IMG/VR virus record: IMGVR_UViG_3300027963_000263
Location: 1 to 28,392 of that record
DNA from: a virus
Lineage: Duplodnaviria > Caudoviricetes
Reading direction: 5' to 3' (one strand)
Length of the DNA stretch: 28,392 bases
The translations under genes and the position numbers were made by a program. Of the stretch, positions 6,460 through 14,082 are shown one piece after another (positions within the stretch are counted from its first letter, which is position 1; each line of letters starts with the position of its first letter). The notes beneath the pieces were generated by a model. That model saw nothing but the letters and a program-made list of their open reading frames with translations. It searched no databases and was not told the DNA's origin.

Positions 6460-7082
6460 ATCGCCCCCGCTAGTCTGTTGCCGGTAACAGGTGCTGCCTT
6501 GGTCACCCACTCGGCCTTAAAGCTTCTCCAGCCCCTGATAACGGTCTCGGCAAGGGCTGCATCCAATGTCCAGCCAGCAAGTGCTGCCTGTTTCTTGATG
6601 TCGGCAATGACCAGTTCGGTGATAGGTGCTTTCTTGGCTTTTCTTGCATCAACAAAGGATTCCCACACCTTTGGAGACACACCGTCAGGTGCTGCGACTC
6701 TATTATTATTTATTGGTTTATGTTTCTTGTTTAGTTGAACGGGCGTTGGACTAGCGTTCAACCGGCGTTCAGCAGATGCCTTACCTGCCTTGCTTGCATT
6801 GGAGAGACGCGCTCTGTACTGCTCTATTTCACGGTCACAACGGGCATTTGTCCAGCCACTTCCATCTTCTTTCAGCATAAAAAATAGTTGAAGAACAAAC
6901 GCCACAACCTCTTGATGTTCAAGCATTCCGATTTGTCGTGCAACGCTTGTTAAACCACTGTTCAACGGGCGTTCATGCAAGTAGTACTCGTCTAATAAAC
7001 GCCTGTAAGCAATATCTTCTAGAAGGCTCAAATGCCGAGTGTGACTTATGTAGTCACCGATGTTGAATTGGTAGTAATGCAT
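6456..7082 (-). CDS. YdaU/DUF1376-like replication initiator
   Basis: MHYYQFNIGDY..HT.HLS..E..AYRRLLD.YY N-terminus, W.N.RCD.EI, C-terminal W..F...RK / GW..F; lies upstream of the helicase. Confidence 0.85.
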   Translation of the reverse strand: MHYYQFNIGDYISHTRHLSLLEDIAYRRLLDEYYLHERPLNSGLTSVARQIGMLEHQEVVAFVLQLFFMLKEDGSGWTNARCDREIEQYRARLSNASKAGKASAERRLNASPTPVQLNKKHKPINNNRVAAPDGVSPKVWESFVDARKAKKAPITELVIADIKKQAALAGWTLDAALAETVIRGWRSFKAEWVTKAAPVTGNRLAGAI

Positions 7083-7261
7083 CAGTCTTCCCAAATGTCC
7101 CAGCGTCCCGTTTTACGGAATGCGTCTTCCTGTTCCTGTTCTATTTCCCGTTGAAGATTCAGCTCAAAAGTTGACCAGAAAGCGGTCTTTTTCGACTCAC
7201 TCTCATCCATGCCAATCAGCCCACTTCGGTAGGCTATCTGTTCAATGTCATAGCGGTTCAT
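7082..7261 (-). CDS. Hypothetical protein (59 aa, MNRYDIEQIAYRSGLIG...WDIWED)
   Basis: Translated by hand (below the ORF-track cutoff); AAGGAG SD, ATGA and TGATG overlaps. Confidence 0.75.
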   Translation of the reverse strand: MNRYDIEQIAYRSGLIGMDESESKKTAFWSTFELNLQREIEQEQEDAFRKTGRWDIWED

Positions 7262-7446
7262 GTTTTCTCCTTAAAAAGTTCGTGGATGGGACGCAGCTTT
7301 CGGGCTGTAGCTATCTCAATTGCAGTCACCAAAGAGGCCACAATCGCTGCCTCCAGGTCTTCTGAATCGATGTGGTATTCAATACGGTCTGCCGCTATAG
7401 AAAGCAGCTCGTACGCCAGTTCTGTTTCGATGTTTTGAGGGTTCAT
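7258..7446 (-). CDS. Hypothetical protein (62 aa), first gene of the leftward operon
   Basis: ORF coupled to the downstream gene; AAGGT upstream. Confidence 0.65.
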   Translation of the reverse strand: MNPQNIETELAYELLSIAADRIEYHIDSEDLEAAIVASLVTAIEIATARKLRPIHELFKEKT

Positions 7447-7566
7447 CCGGTGACCTTACATCAAAAAACCAGAAAAAAAACTAGGGAAAACCCCTAGAAA
7501 AAAAGCGTACAAGCTGGTTTAACATCCGTTCCACTGCAATCAAGCAGCAACTTTAAAGGACACAAA
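7447..7566. promoter_or_regulatory. Divergent control region with the palindrome CTAGGG-AAAAC-CCCTAG and A-tracts
   Basis: Non-coding gap between divergent operons; inverted repeat 7481-7497. Confidence 0.65.
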
Positions 7567-7746
7567 ATGGAACTTACTTTGATGCGTGTTACAAAAATTG
7601 AATTCGGAGAACTTCGCAATCTCAACAGCTGCTCCACTCGCACTTTCACCATCACGATGAAAGATGGCACACAGGCAACAGTTGTTTGCTTTGCCGACAA
7701 TGACGAATACAAAGAATCCACAGAAGAATTGAAGGTGATCTTGTGA
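7567..7746 (+). CDS. Hypothetical protein (59 aa, MELTLMRVTKIEFG...LKVIL)
   Basis: Translated by hand; AAAGGA SD; GTGA overlap with the next gene. Confidence 0.75.
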   Translation: MELTLMRVTKIEFGELRNLNSCSTRTFTITMKDGTQATVVCFADNDEYKESTEELKVIL

Positions 7747-7934
7747 TTACCGAATACACCTACGAAGGCGCTACCTTTGAAGTGGAATGTGATGTGGATT
7801 GGATGGATTCCAAAGACAACACCTATCTCACCATTGTTAGCATCAAGCATGCTGGCGTGGAGTTTTGGGACATCTTGCCACTTGACACAATCCAATTTAT
7901 CGAAGAGCAAATTAACAATCGCATGGAGAATTGA
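7743..7934 (+). CDS. Hypothetical protein (63 aa)
   Basis: GTG start coupled to the upstream stop; AAGGTG SD. Confidence 0.7.
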   Translation: MITEYTYEGATFEVECDVDWMDSKDNTYLTIVSIKHAGVEFWDILPLDTIQFIEEQINNRMEN

Positions 7935-7935
7935 A

Positions 7936-8154
7936 ATGAAATCAGTATTTGAACAGTATCACGCGGAGTTCCAAGGAATTGACTACTGCTGCTATTGCCT
8001 AGAACCTAAAGGCGAAAAGTATTCTTGCTGCCAAGAAAATCATTTCATTTCGTTTGAGGATTTAGATTATCACGAACAGAAAGAAATCATTGAAGGCGAA
8101 ATTGAATTAGCTGCATGGCAGTCACAACAACAGGCAAAAGCATATGGACGTTAA
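7936..8154 (+). CDS. Small Cys/His-rich putative zinc-binding protein
   Basis: YCCYC...CCQENHF; GGAG SD before ATG 7936. Confidence 0.7.
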   Translation: MKSVFEQYHAEFQGIDYCCYCLEPKGEKYSCCQENHFISFEDLDYHEQKEIIEGEIELAAWQSQQQAKAYGR

Positions 8155-8719
8155 TACATTACTCAAGCTCAATGTGAATGAACACACTGAGAAAAAAGGC
8201 AACCTGACTTACCTGTCATGGGCATGGGCATGGGCCGAAGCATTGAAGGCAGACCCTGCGGCTACCTTTGAGGTCAAGATGTTTGGGGATAGCTGCTATA
8301 CCGACATCAATGGTACGGCAATGGTGTGGGTGACCGCAGTAATGTTTGGCAAAGCTATGACCTGCCAATTGCCGGTTATGGACCACCGGAACAAGCCCAT
8401 CACCAACCCTGACGCATTTGCAGTCAATACGTCCATCATGCGCTGCATGACTAAGGCGCTCAGTCTGCATGGCTTGGGGCTGTACATCTACGCGGGGGAA
8501 GACTTGCCAGAAGCAGACACATCCCTAATTGACAAGATCACCGATGCTATTCGGGACTTGCATAGCAAAGGCGATATGGCAGGAATGTATGGGGAATGGG
8601 AATCCATTGCCGACAACGAGGTGCGGTTAGCAGTGTGGGCAGCACTGAAGCCGGACAGTAAGGTGCGCTCTGCTATCAAAGCGTATAAAGAAAAACTTGA
8701 ATCAACAGAAAGCGATTAA
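8144..8719 (+). CDS. Single-strand annealing protein, DUF1071 / Sak-type (Rad52-like)
   Basis: EKKGNLTYLSWAWAW, LPVMDHRNK, NTSIMRC.TKA..LHGLGLYIYAGEDLP. Confidence 0.9.
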   Translation: MDVNTLLKLNVNEHTEKKGNLTYLSWAWAWAEALKADPAATFEVKMFGDSCYTDINGTAMVWVTAVMFGKAMTCQLPVMDHRNKPITNPDAFAVNTSIMRCMTKALSLHGLGLYIYAGEDLPEADTSLIDKITDAIRDLHSKGDMAGMYGEWESIADNEVRLAVWAALKPDSKVRSAIKAYKEKLESTESD

Positions 8720-8968
8720 ATGGAATACGACAACACCAACCGGGGAAACCTCTTCAAGAATGACAAGAAAGAAGAGGAAAAACACCCAGACCTTAACGGC
8801 TCTGTCAACGTAGGCGGTACAGACTACTGGATCAGTGCATGGAAGAAGACTAGCAAGGCCGGTACGCCCTTCTACAGCCTCTCTGTGCGTCCAAAACAGG
8901 AGCAGGTAAGGCAGAGTAGCCAGCCTACCCGTAAAGCCAAGATAGACGATCTAGACGATTTCTTTTGA
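8720..8968 (+). CDS. Putative single-stranded DNA-binding protein
   Basis: G.LFKN..K....HPD..G.......YW.SAW motif, acidic-aromatic tail DDLDDFF; directly follows the annealing protein. Confidence 0.75.
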   Translation: MEYDNTNRGNLFKNDKKEEEKHPDLNGSVNVGGTDYWISAWKKTSKAGTPFYSLSVRPKQEQVRQSSQPTRKAKIDDLDDFF

Positions 8969-8973
8969 TTTTT

Positions 8974-9026
8974 GGGGGGAAAGCAGGGTATCAATTCGCA
9001 GTTGCCGCCTAATAGCAAGTACCCCC
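8974..9026 (+). ncRNA. Candidate structured intergenic RNA with a loop-E/bulged-G-type internal loop
   Basis: GGGGG/CCCCC stem closing a GAAA/AAGUA internal loop, then GC/GC and an inner hairpin. Confidence 0.45.
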
Positions 9027-9049
9027 TCCCCTAATTTTTTGGAGTACTT

Positions 9050-9361
9050 ATGACAACGTATGCAGATGTAGAAATGGACATTGTGAGATGGGCAGAAGCG
9101 CGGAAGATCATTCCAAACAGCAACTCCCAGACTCAATTGTTAAAAGCTGTTTCTGAAATGGGTGAACTGGCAGATGCCACTATCAAACAAGATGGCCCAG
9201 GCATTGTGGACGGTGTGGGTGATGTGATGGTATGTCTCATTATTTATTGCGCTTTGCTAGACATCAACTTGGTGGATTGCATGGAATACGCATACAAAGA
9301 AATCAAAAACCGTAAAGGTACTTTGTTGCCCAATGGGGTATTTTTAAAGGAATTGCCATGA
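9050..9361 (+). CDS. MazG-like NTP pyrophosphohydrolase
   Basis: W...R.I......Q..K..SE.GELADA......I.DGVGD..V, AY.EIK.RKG. Confidence 0.85.
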   Translation: MTTYADVEMDIVRWAEARKIIPNSNSQTQLLKAVSEMGELADATIKQDGPGIVDGVGDVMVCLIIYCALLDINLVDCMEYAYKEIKNRKGTLLPNGVFLKELP

Positions 9362-9501
9362 AAATAGTTCTTGATTTTTTTGCCCTTGTTGGCTTATGCG
9401 CCAGCATCATTGTGGCGGGGTTTTGGTTTGGATATGCATCATATGAACCCAAATGCCACACTATTGCATCAGTGTTTACAAAATATTGCAAATCAAACTA
9501 A
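9358..9501 (+). CDS. Small membrane protein (47 aa)
   Basis: Translated by hand, MKIVLDFFALVGLCASIIVAGFWFGY...; ATGA overlap, AAGGA SD. Confidence 0.65.
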   Translation: MKIVLDFFALVGLCASIIVAGFWFGYASYEPKCHTIASVFTKYCKSN

Positions 9502-9511
9502 AGGAACAAGC

Positions 9512-9709
9512 ATGAAAAATTGGAATGTATTTGCCCGTATCTCTTTTTTGGAATCACAAGTCCAACAATTAACAGATCGTATCAACCATTTGTCAGCTCC
9601 ACCATCACCATTGGCTGACCGGGCATTGATTGAATTGCGTAAAGCTAAACAACGGGAATATGCCCGTAGGTTTTATCTGAAAAAGAAAAAAGAAAAAGCT
9701 GCAAAATGA
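9512..9709 (+). CDS. Basic coiled-coil hypothetical protein (65 aa)
   Basis: AAGGA SD before ATG 9512; K/R-rich C-terminus. Confidence 0.7.
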   Translation: MKNWNVFARISFLESQVQQLTDRINHLSAPPSPLADRALIELRKAKQREYARRFYLKKKKEKAAK

Positions 9710-9906
9710 AAGCAGACACCACAACCATCGACCCCACATGGATGAGCAAAACTGGCGGATTTGCCCGCGATATGACTTTGCGTGACCATTTTGCTGCCCT
9801 TTCATTTGGAATACGCCTTGCCAAATATGACGATTGGACACTTTCAGAATTGACTGAGCAGGCGTATGTAGATGCAGACGCAATGCTGAAAGCGAGAGAA
9901 AAATGA
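9706..9906 (+). CDS. Conserved phage hypothetical protein (MTLRD.FAA...AY..ADAML.AR family)
   Basis: Motif widespread in proteobacterial phages; ATGA overlaps. Confidence 0.8.
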   Translation: MKADTTTIDPTWMSKTGGFARDMTLRDHFAALSFGIRLAKYDDWTLSELTEQAYVDADAMLKAREK

Positions 9907-10016
9907 ACGACGAAGATGAAGACTTAATGGTTACGTTGTTTTTCATAGCGTTCGTTATCTTCATTTTGTTTTTTACAGGCATTGGAATTGCAGCATTTAT
10001 GTGGAGTTTTTTATGA
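9903..10016 (+). CDS. Small single-TM protein (37 aa)
   Basis: Translated by hand, MNDEDEDLMVTLFFIAFVIFILFFTGIGIAAFMWSFL; ATGA overlaps on both sides. Confidence 0.65.
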   Translation: MNDEDEDLMVTLFFIAFVIFILFFTGIGIAAFMWSFL

Positions 10017-10237
10017 CACCTGAAGACGAAGCGTTTGATGAAATAGCCCGTAAACAGGGAATGTGGGGTGGTGGCTTTATGGCTAAGAGGGCTATGGCTG
10101 CGGACAAGTTGCAAGAACCTGAGCATAAATGGGTAGGTCTAACAGAAGAAGATTTTTCAGCTATCAATCAATCGTGCTTTACCAAACTTCAAGCCGCAAC
10201 AAGCGCGGAATCTATTCTGAAGGAGCGCAACACATGA
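10013..10237 (+). CDS. Hypothetical protein (WVGLT.E motif)
   Basis: GGAG SD, ATGA overlaps, C-terminal LKERNT. Confidence 0.75.
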   Translation: MTPEDEAFDEIARKQGMWGGGFMAKRAMAADKLQEPEHKWVGLTEEDFSAINQSCFTKLQAATSAESILKERNT

Positions 10238-10419
10238 GCAAACGTGACTTAGCACTGGATAGCCTGACGCGCATCTGCGAGATACAGCAACGCCTAATTA
10301 ACCAGCTTATTGCAATGGAGCAGAACTCTTATTCGCGTGGGTATGAAGATGGAATGGCGGCACAGGCTGAAGTAGACATTGCATTAAATGAAATGGTGGT
10401 TAAAAATGAAGCTATATAA
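10234..10419 (+). CDS. Hypothetical protein (61 aa)
   Basis: AAGGAG SD, ATGA overlap; Y.RGYEDG motif. Confidence 0.7.
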   Translation: MSKRDLALDSLTRICEIQQRLINQLIAMEQNSYSRGYEDGMAAQAEVDIALNEMVVKNEAI

Positions 10420-10573
10420 CGCACCTAGAAATAGCACGATCGTGCTTAAAGATGGGTTGGAGCTAAATTTTCACCACGTTGACGGCATGTACAGTGTGTG
10501 TACAGATGATGAGGGGAATGTGTACCACATTGCCGCAACTGAAGAAGTAGAAGTTAAAGAAGAGTTTACATAA
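10406..10573 (+). CDS. Hypothetical small beta-rich protein
   Basis: MKLYNAPRNS...FHHVDGMYS.C; packed in the operon. Confidence 0.7.
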   Translation: MKLYNAPRNSTIVLKDGLELNFHHVDGMYSVCTDDEGNVYHIAATEEVEVKEEFT

Positions 10574-10837
10574 ATGACTTTGGAAAACCAACACTATCAG
10601 CCTAAAGCCCCTGTGATTAGGGCTCTATTAAAAGCATTTCCTGATGGGTTAAGTGCTAATGAAATCTGTCTGAAGACAGGCATTTATGAAAGGTCTGTCC
10701 GTCCTACCTTAAAGAAGATGGCAGACTGTTACATAGACCGTTGGTTGCCTGGGAAGTTTAGAACACCACCAACAGCCATTTGGTGCGTTGTAGAAGTCCC
10801 TGAAAACTGCCCTAGACCGAGGAAACAAAAGGAATGA
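10574..10837 (+). CDS. Putative winged-helix DNA-binding protein
   Basis: IRALL..FPDGLS..EI...TG.....V...L..M pattern followed by a beta wing. Confidence 0.65.
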   Translation: MTLENQHYQPKAPVIRALLKAFPDGLSANEICLKTGIYERSVRPTLKKMADCYIDRWLPGKFRTPPTAIWCVVEVPENCPRPRKQKE

Positions 10838-11034
10838 ATATGAAAATCAATGCCACATTTAATGACGAAGAAGAGGCCATCAAAGCTATCCACTCAGGGT
10901 ATGCTTGGCAAACTCTGCATGAGATAAACGAAATACTGCGCCAACATAGAAAACACGACTTACCTTTTGAGCAAGTCGTGTCCAAAATCCAAGCGTCTGT
11001 TCAAGACGCATTGGCTATGATCTACCCGGATTAA
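10834..11034 (+). CDS. Hypothetical protein (66 aa)
   Basis: AAGGA SD; last gene of the + operon; stop overlaps the convergent gene at TTAA. Confidence 0.7.
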   Translation: MNMKINATFNDEEEAIKAIHSGYAWQTLHEINEILRQHRKHDLPFEQVVSKIQASVQDALAMIYPD

Positions 11035-11282
11035 GCAGCCTCGTCTTCTTCCCAGTAGATTTCTTCGTCTTCGTCGTCTTCTTCGACCAAGAGCCACTCG
11101 CCAGTGTCTTCGTTCAACCAGTACCACGCATCGTACAGTTCGTCGTACCAGCAAAAGCACTCATAGTCTTCGTCGTAGACATACTCTTCGCCTTCTTCAA
11201 AAAAGCAATCAGGCAACAAATCAAATTCGTCTTCGTCTTCTACTTGCGCCGCACTGTTAACCAAAAATGTGAAATGAAACAT
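11031..11282 (-). CDS. Extremely acidic aromatic-rich small protein
   Basis: AGGAG SD; 33 of 83 residues are D/E, no K or R. Confidence 0.75.
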   Translation of the reverse strand: MFHFTFLVNSAAQVEDEDEFDLLPDCFFEEGEEYVYDEDYECFCWYDELYDAWYWLNEDTGEWLLVEEDDEDEEIYWEEDEAA

Positions 11283-11291
11283 AAGAAACTC

Positions 11292-12260
11292 CTAAAGGTT
11301 GATAACTTGTCCTCGAAACTCAACCTGAGTATCGCTCCATTTGTGAACTAACTCAGGCCACAAAAGCTTACCACCCTTGAATGTCAGCACGGCAAACCCA
11401 CTTCTGTGGTTTAATGGGTTGTCTTCTCCGTATTCAAATTGTCGCCCATAAGGTTCTGCAAGAGTACCAGTATCTACACCATAACGATTACCCGTGTAGT
11501 CAGCAAATGGAACTACTTTAAGACTATGCAAATGGCCTGTAACAATGCTTATGCCAGCGTTTACGGTATTGTTATGGGCAGCATGAACGCCGCTTTTGTA
11601 ACGGTGTTTAATAACGCAATCAGGCGTAGGCCAAACAGACCATGCAAACTCCCAGGCTGGTAAATGGTCTTCTAATTTAAACCCATGCACTTCCCGATAC
11701 TGCGGGGCTTGTACTGCTAATTTGTTAGCAAAGCGGGTGTCGTGATTGCCCCAGATGAACAACAGTTTACAGTTGTGTCTAGCGGCTTTGGCTGTTTCTT
11801 CTATCTCGCCAAGATGTGCCTGAACCGCTTTTAGTTCTTCTATAACTGAAGGGGTCTTGGACCAGCCCAATGGATCATGTCTGCTGATAGATGCACCATC
11901 AAATGCATCCCCGTTACTGATAACGGCATGAGGCTTTAACTCTTTGATAGCCCATAATAGCCCTTTGTAAGCGGTAGTGTATTCACCGGGCCAAAAGTGA
12001 GCGTCAGAAAAGACTATGATTGTTTGATCAAGTATGCCAAGTTCAACGCGATTAAGAGATGTTTTGATGGGTTGCATGTAGGCATACGGCCTAGCAGCTT
12101 CATGGAAATTAACAAGCGGTTGATTGGTTTCCGTTTCCAATCTTCGTCTTCGCCGATGAACAGCGCGTTCATCCATCTCTAGAAATTCCGCTACTTTGGC
12201 AGCAGAACCTAACTGATTCCATGCATGTATAAATTCACCATTAGAAACTTTAGCTTGCAT
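11292..12260 (-). CDS. Calcineurin-like metallophosphoesterase with an N-terminal HTH-like segment
   Basis: SDAH, NGDAFD, GNHD, GHLH motifs. Confidence 0.9.
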   Translation of the reverse strand: MQAKVSNGEFIHAWNQLGSAAKVAEFLEMDERAVHRRRRRLETETNQPLVNFHEAARPYAYMQPIKTSLNRVELGILDQTIIVFSDAHFWPGEYTTAYKGLLWAIKELKPHAVISNGDAFDGASISRHDPLGWSKTPSVIEELKAVQAHLGEIEETAKAARHNCKLLFIWGNHDTRFANKLAVQAPQYREVHGFKLEDHLPAWEFAWSVWPTPDCVIKHRYKSGVHAAHNNTVNAGISIVTGHLHSLKVVPFADYTGNRYGVDTGTLAEPYGRQFEYGEDNPLNHRSGFAVLTFKGGKLLWPELVHKWSDTQVEFRGQVINL

Positions 12261-12309
12261 AAGTGACCCCGCAAAGTTGCGCGGAATCTAACACATATCT
12301 ATTGCATCA

Positions 12310-12726
12310 TTATGCAATCTTTGCGCCAGCTTGAAGTTGATCCATTGTCAAGCCGCTTGTGTATTGAAAATGCGGATACTCTTTGAACGTCTTCCAATCA
12401 CCAGCCCACTCTAAACCGCAAGCCTTGCCGATCTCACCCACTTGTTTCCAAATAGCCTGATCGTCCCATACGGCCTTACCGTTGACTAATGGGACAACAT
12501 CTAAGGCACAGCGGTGGTTATGCCAAGACTGTCCTGCTTTGGCTCTGGTCACTATGTTGCCAGGGGTGGTGCGTCCTTGAGCGTAGAGTGCGTTCTGGCT
12601 CTCGCTGTCGCGGTAGGTGGAAGTCACCAGCAAGTCAATGCCCTTGGCTTTGGCAGCTTCCACAAACGCTTGTGCCCGCTGTTTAACGGGTGGGGCTAAA
12701 TCATCTAGGCTGCGGGAGTTAATCAT
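12310..12726 (-). CDS. Endolysin, M15 family (L-Ala-D-Glu peptidase-like)
   Basis: TYR....Q..LYAQGRT, SWHN....LD, WAGDW..F.E.PHFQ. Confidence 0.9.
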   Translation of the reverse strand: MINSRSLDDLAPPVKQRAQAFVEAAKAKGIDLLVTSTYRDSESQNALYAQGRTTPGNIVTRAKAGQSWHNHRCALDVVPLVNGKAVWDDQAIWKQVGEIGKACGLEWAGDWKTFKEYPHFQYTSGLTMDQLQAGAKIA

Positions 12727-12953
12727 ATGGTTTCTCTACGTTTTGGCTTGGGCTTAACGTCTTCTTCCATTACTTTAGCCGGGACAGCAATGCAAGTAAC
12801 TTCAACTGTGGCAGTAGTGGTTTTCTCATACCATTCTTTTTTCACCATCACGACCTGTTTGCATTCTTCCTCATCGGGATATACAGCAAGTTGCTGTAAG
12901 AATTCACAATGACTGTTAAGGCAGATGTACAGAACGGGAACGAAAAGGTTCAT
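12723..12953 (-). CDS. Cys-containing hypothetical protein in the lysis cassette
   Basis: ATGA overlaps on both sides; hydrophobic N-terminus, four Cys. Confidence 0.65.
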   Translation of the reverse strand: MNLFVPVLYICLNSHCEFLQQLAVYPDEEECKQVVMVKKEWYEKTTTATVEVTCIAVPAKVMEEDVKPKPKRRETI

Positions 12954-13357
12954 TTTGCTGCAACCCCGTTGATTTTCTCAGCAGTACGCATACCGGACAA
13001 GCCAAGCATTCCCAGCATCAAAGGCATCATGGTTCCCATGTCCATTTGAGGAAACTTGACGGGATGACCGTAGAGCGCCGATCCCCATTCAGCAAGAGGG
13101 CCAACAACGAATTGGACGGCAAAACCTGCACCGCAGACCCATCCAATGCCTGGTCTCCAACCCGAGACAAATAGAGACGGGTTGGCAGCTTCCACTTTAT
13201 TGATGTCCAACTGTCCAGCAATGATTGACAGTTCGCCAGATTGCTGTAGCTTGAACAATTCCATCTTGGCAGCAGCAGCTTGTGCGGGATCAGGCCACAG
13301 CCTGTCCATGACTTTGCCACCAATGTCGAGAAGTGCGGATACGGGATCAAGTGCCAT
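12950..13357 (-). CDS. Holin, 3TM (GTA holin-like) family
   Basis: Q.DINK.EA...SLFVSGWRP.IGWVC, LGMLGLSGMRT.EK. Confidence 0.85.
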   Translation of the reverse strand: MALDPVSALLDIGGKVMDRLWPDPAQAAAAKMELFKLQQSGELSIIAGQLDINKVEAANPSLFVSGWRPGIGWVCGAGFAVQFVVGPLAEWGSALYGHPVKFPQMDMGTMMPLMLGMLGLSGMRTAEKINGVAAK

Positions 13358-13586
13358 TTGAAGGTCCTTTATTAGTACGAATGTCTACAATCTTTTCAGC
13401 GGTCTTACCCGCAAAGATGGCAGTAATAACAATAATCATGGCTTGCCCTAACAAGTCCACATATGCTCCCCGAGTCTCTAAGTTAAAAACTGATAGCAGG
13501 GCAAAAAAGAAATAAGAAAACAACAAGAAAGCCACCGTCACCGGTTGAATGTTTCTTGCTAACCAGGATTCATTTTGCCCGTTCAT
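13347..13586 (-). CDS. Two-TM holin-like membrane protein
   Basis: SWLARNIQP, two hydrophobic segments, FAGKTAEK tail. Confidence 0.65.
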   Translation of the reverse strand: MNGQNESWLARNIQPVTVAFLLFSYFFFALLSVFNLETRGAYVDLLGQAMIIVITAIFAGKTAEKIVDIRTNKGPSNGT

Positions 13587-13845
13587 ACAGCTTTTCTATT
13601 TTTGTTCTGATACGCATGGTGTCTGATACGCCTAAGACTTGCGCCAGATTTGTGTAAATGAGTCCCAGCTGCTCTTTAGTGCAGACTTGGCCCGAGTCAT
13701 CCAACCATTCAACAATTCGATCATGTCTTTCCTTTGGGTTGTTGTTGCTGTAAGCAATGTTTACAAAGTCGCTGACACTACATTCTCGCTTTTGTGTAGC
13801 GCCATACACCAAACTGGCGCACACAAAAAGAAGTAGCCAGCGCAT
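13570..13845 (-). CDS. Putative exported protein (signal peptide)
   Basis: MRWLLLFVCASLVYGA N-terminus; two further Cys. Confidence 0.65.
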   Translation of the reverse strand: MRWLLLFVCASLVYGATQKRECSVSDFVNIAYSNNNPKERHDRIVEWLDDSGQVCTKEQLGLIYTNLAQVLGVSDTMRIRTKIEKLYERAK

Positions 13846-13846
13846 C

Positions 13847-14080
13847 TCATTTGTCAGCTTTGTTTTCTAGCCGGTCAAACAAGCGTTCCAATGTGGCATC
13901 TATTTTGTCAAACCGGCTTTCAATGTCTTTCTTACTGACATAGTTTTTAGGTAGGTCAATTTCAATGGCTTTAAGGTCTGTTTTCAAAGCTTTGACAGAA
14001 TCCCAAATTTCTTTACACCACCAGCCAATGGCGACAAGAAGTGCGCCACCGACAAAGTTCAACATTGCTTGAAATTCCAT
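13847..14080 (-). CDS. N-terminal TM plus coiled-coil protein (lysis-region membrane protein)
   Basis: TM segment, LPKNYVSK.D, terminal KADK. Confidence 0.75.
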   Translation of the reverse strand: MEFQAMLNFVGGALLVAIGWWCKEIWDSVKALKTDLKAIEIDLPKNYVSKKDIESRFDKIDATLERLFDRLENKADK

Positions 14081-14082
14081 GA

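Noticed and set aside
7494-7910. 138-aa minus-strand ORF across the divergent region
   Set aside because: Overlaps two well-supported + strand genes that have SD sites and coupled stops
12296-12314. Fur box
   Set aside because: Only about 10/19 match to GATAATGATAATCATTATC; kept only as an unassigned palindrome
13027-13350. Nested ORF in the holin as a possible o-spanin
   Set aside because: No signal peptide or lipobox and no clear SD
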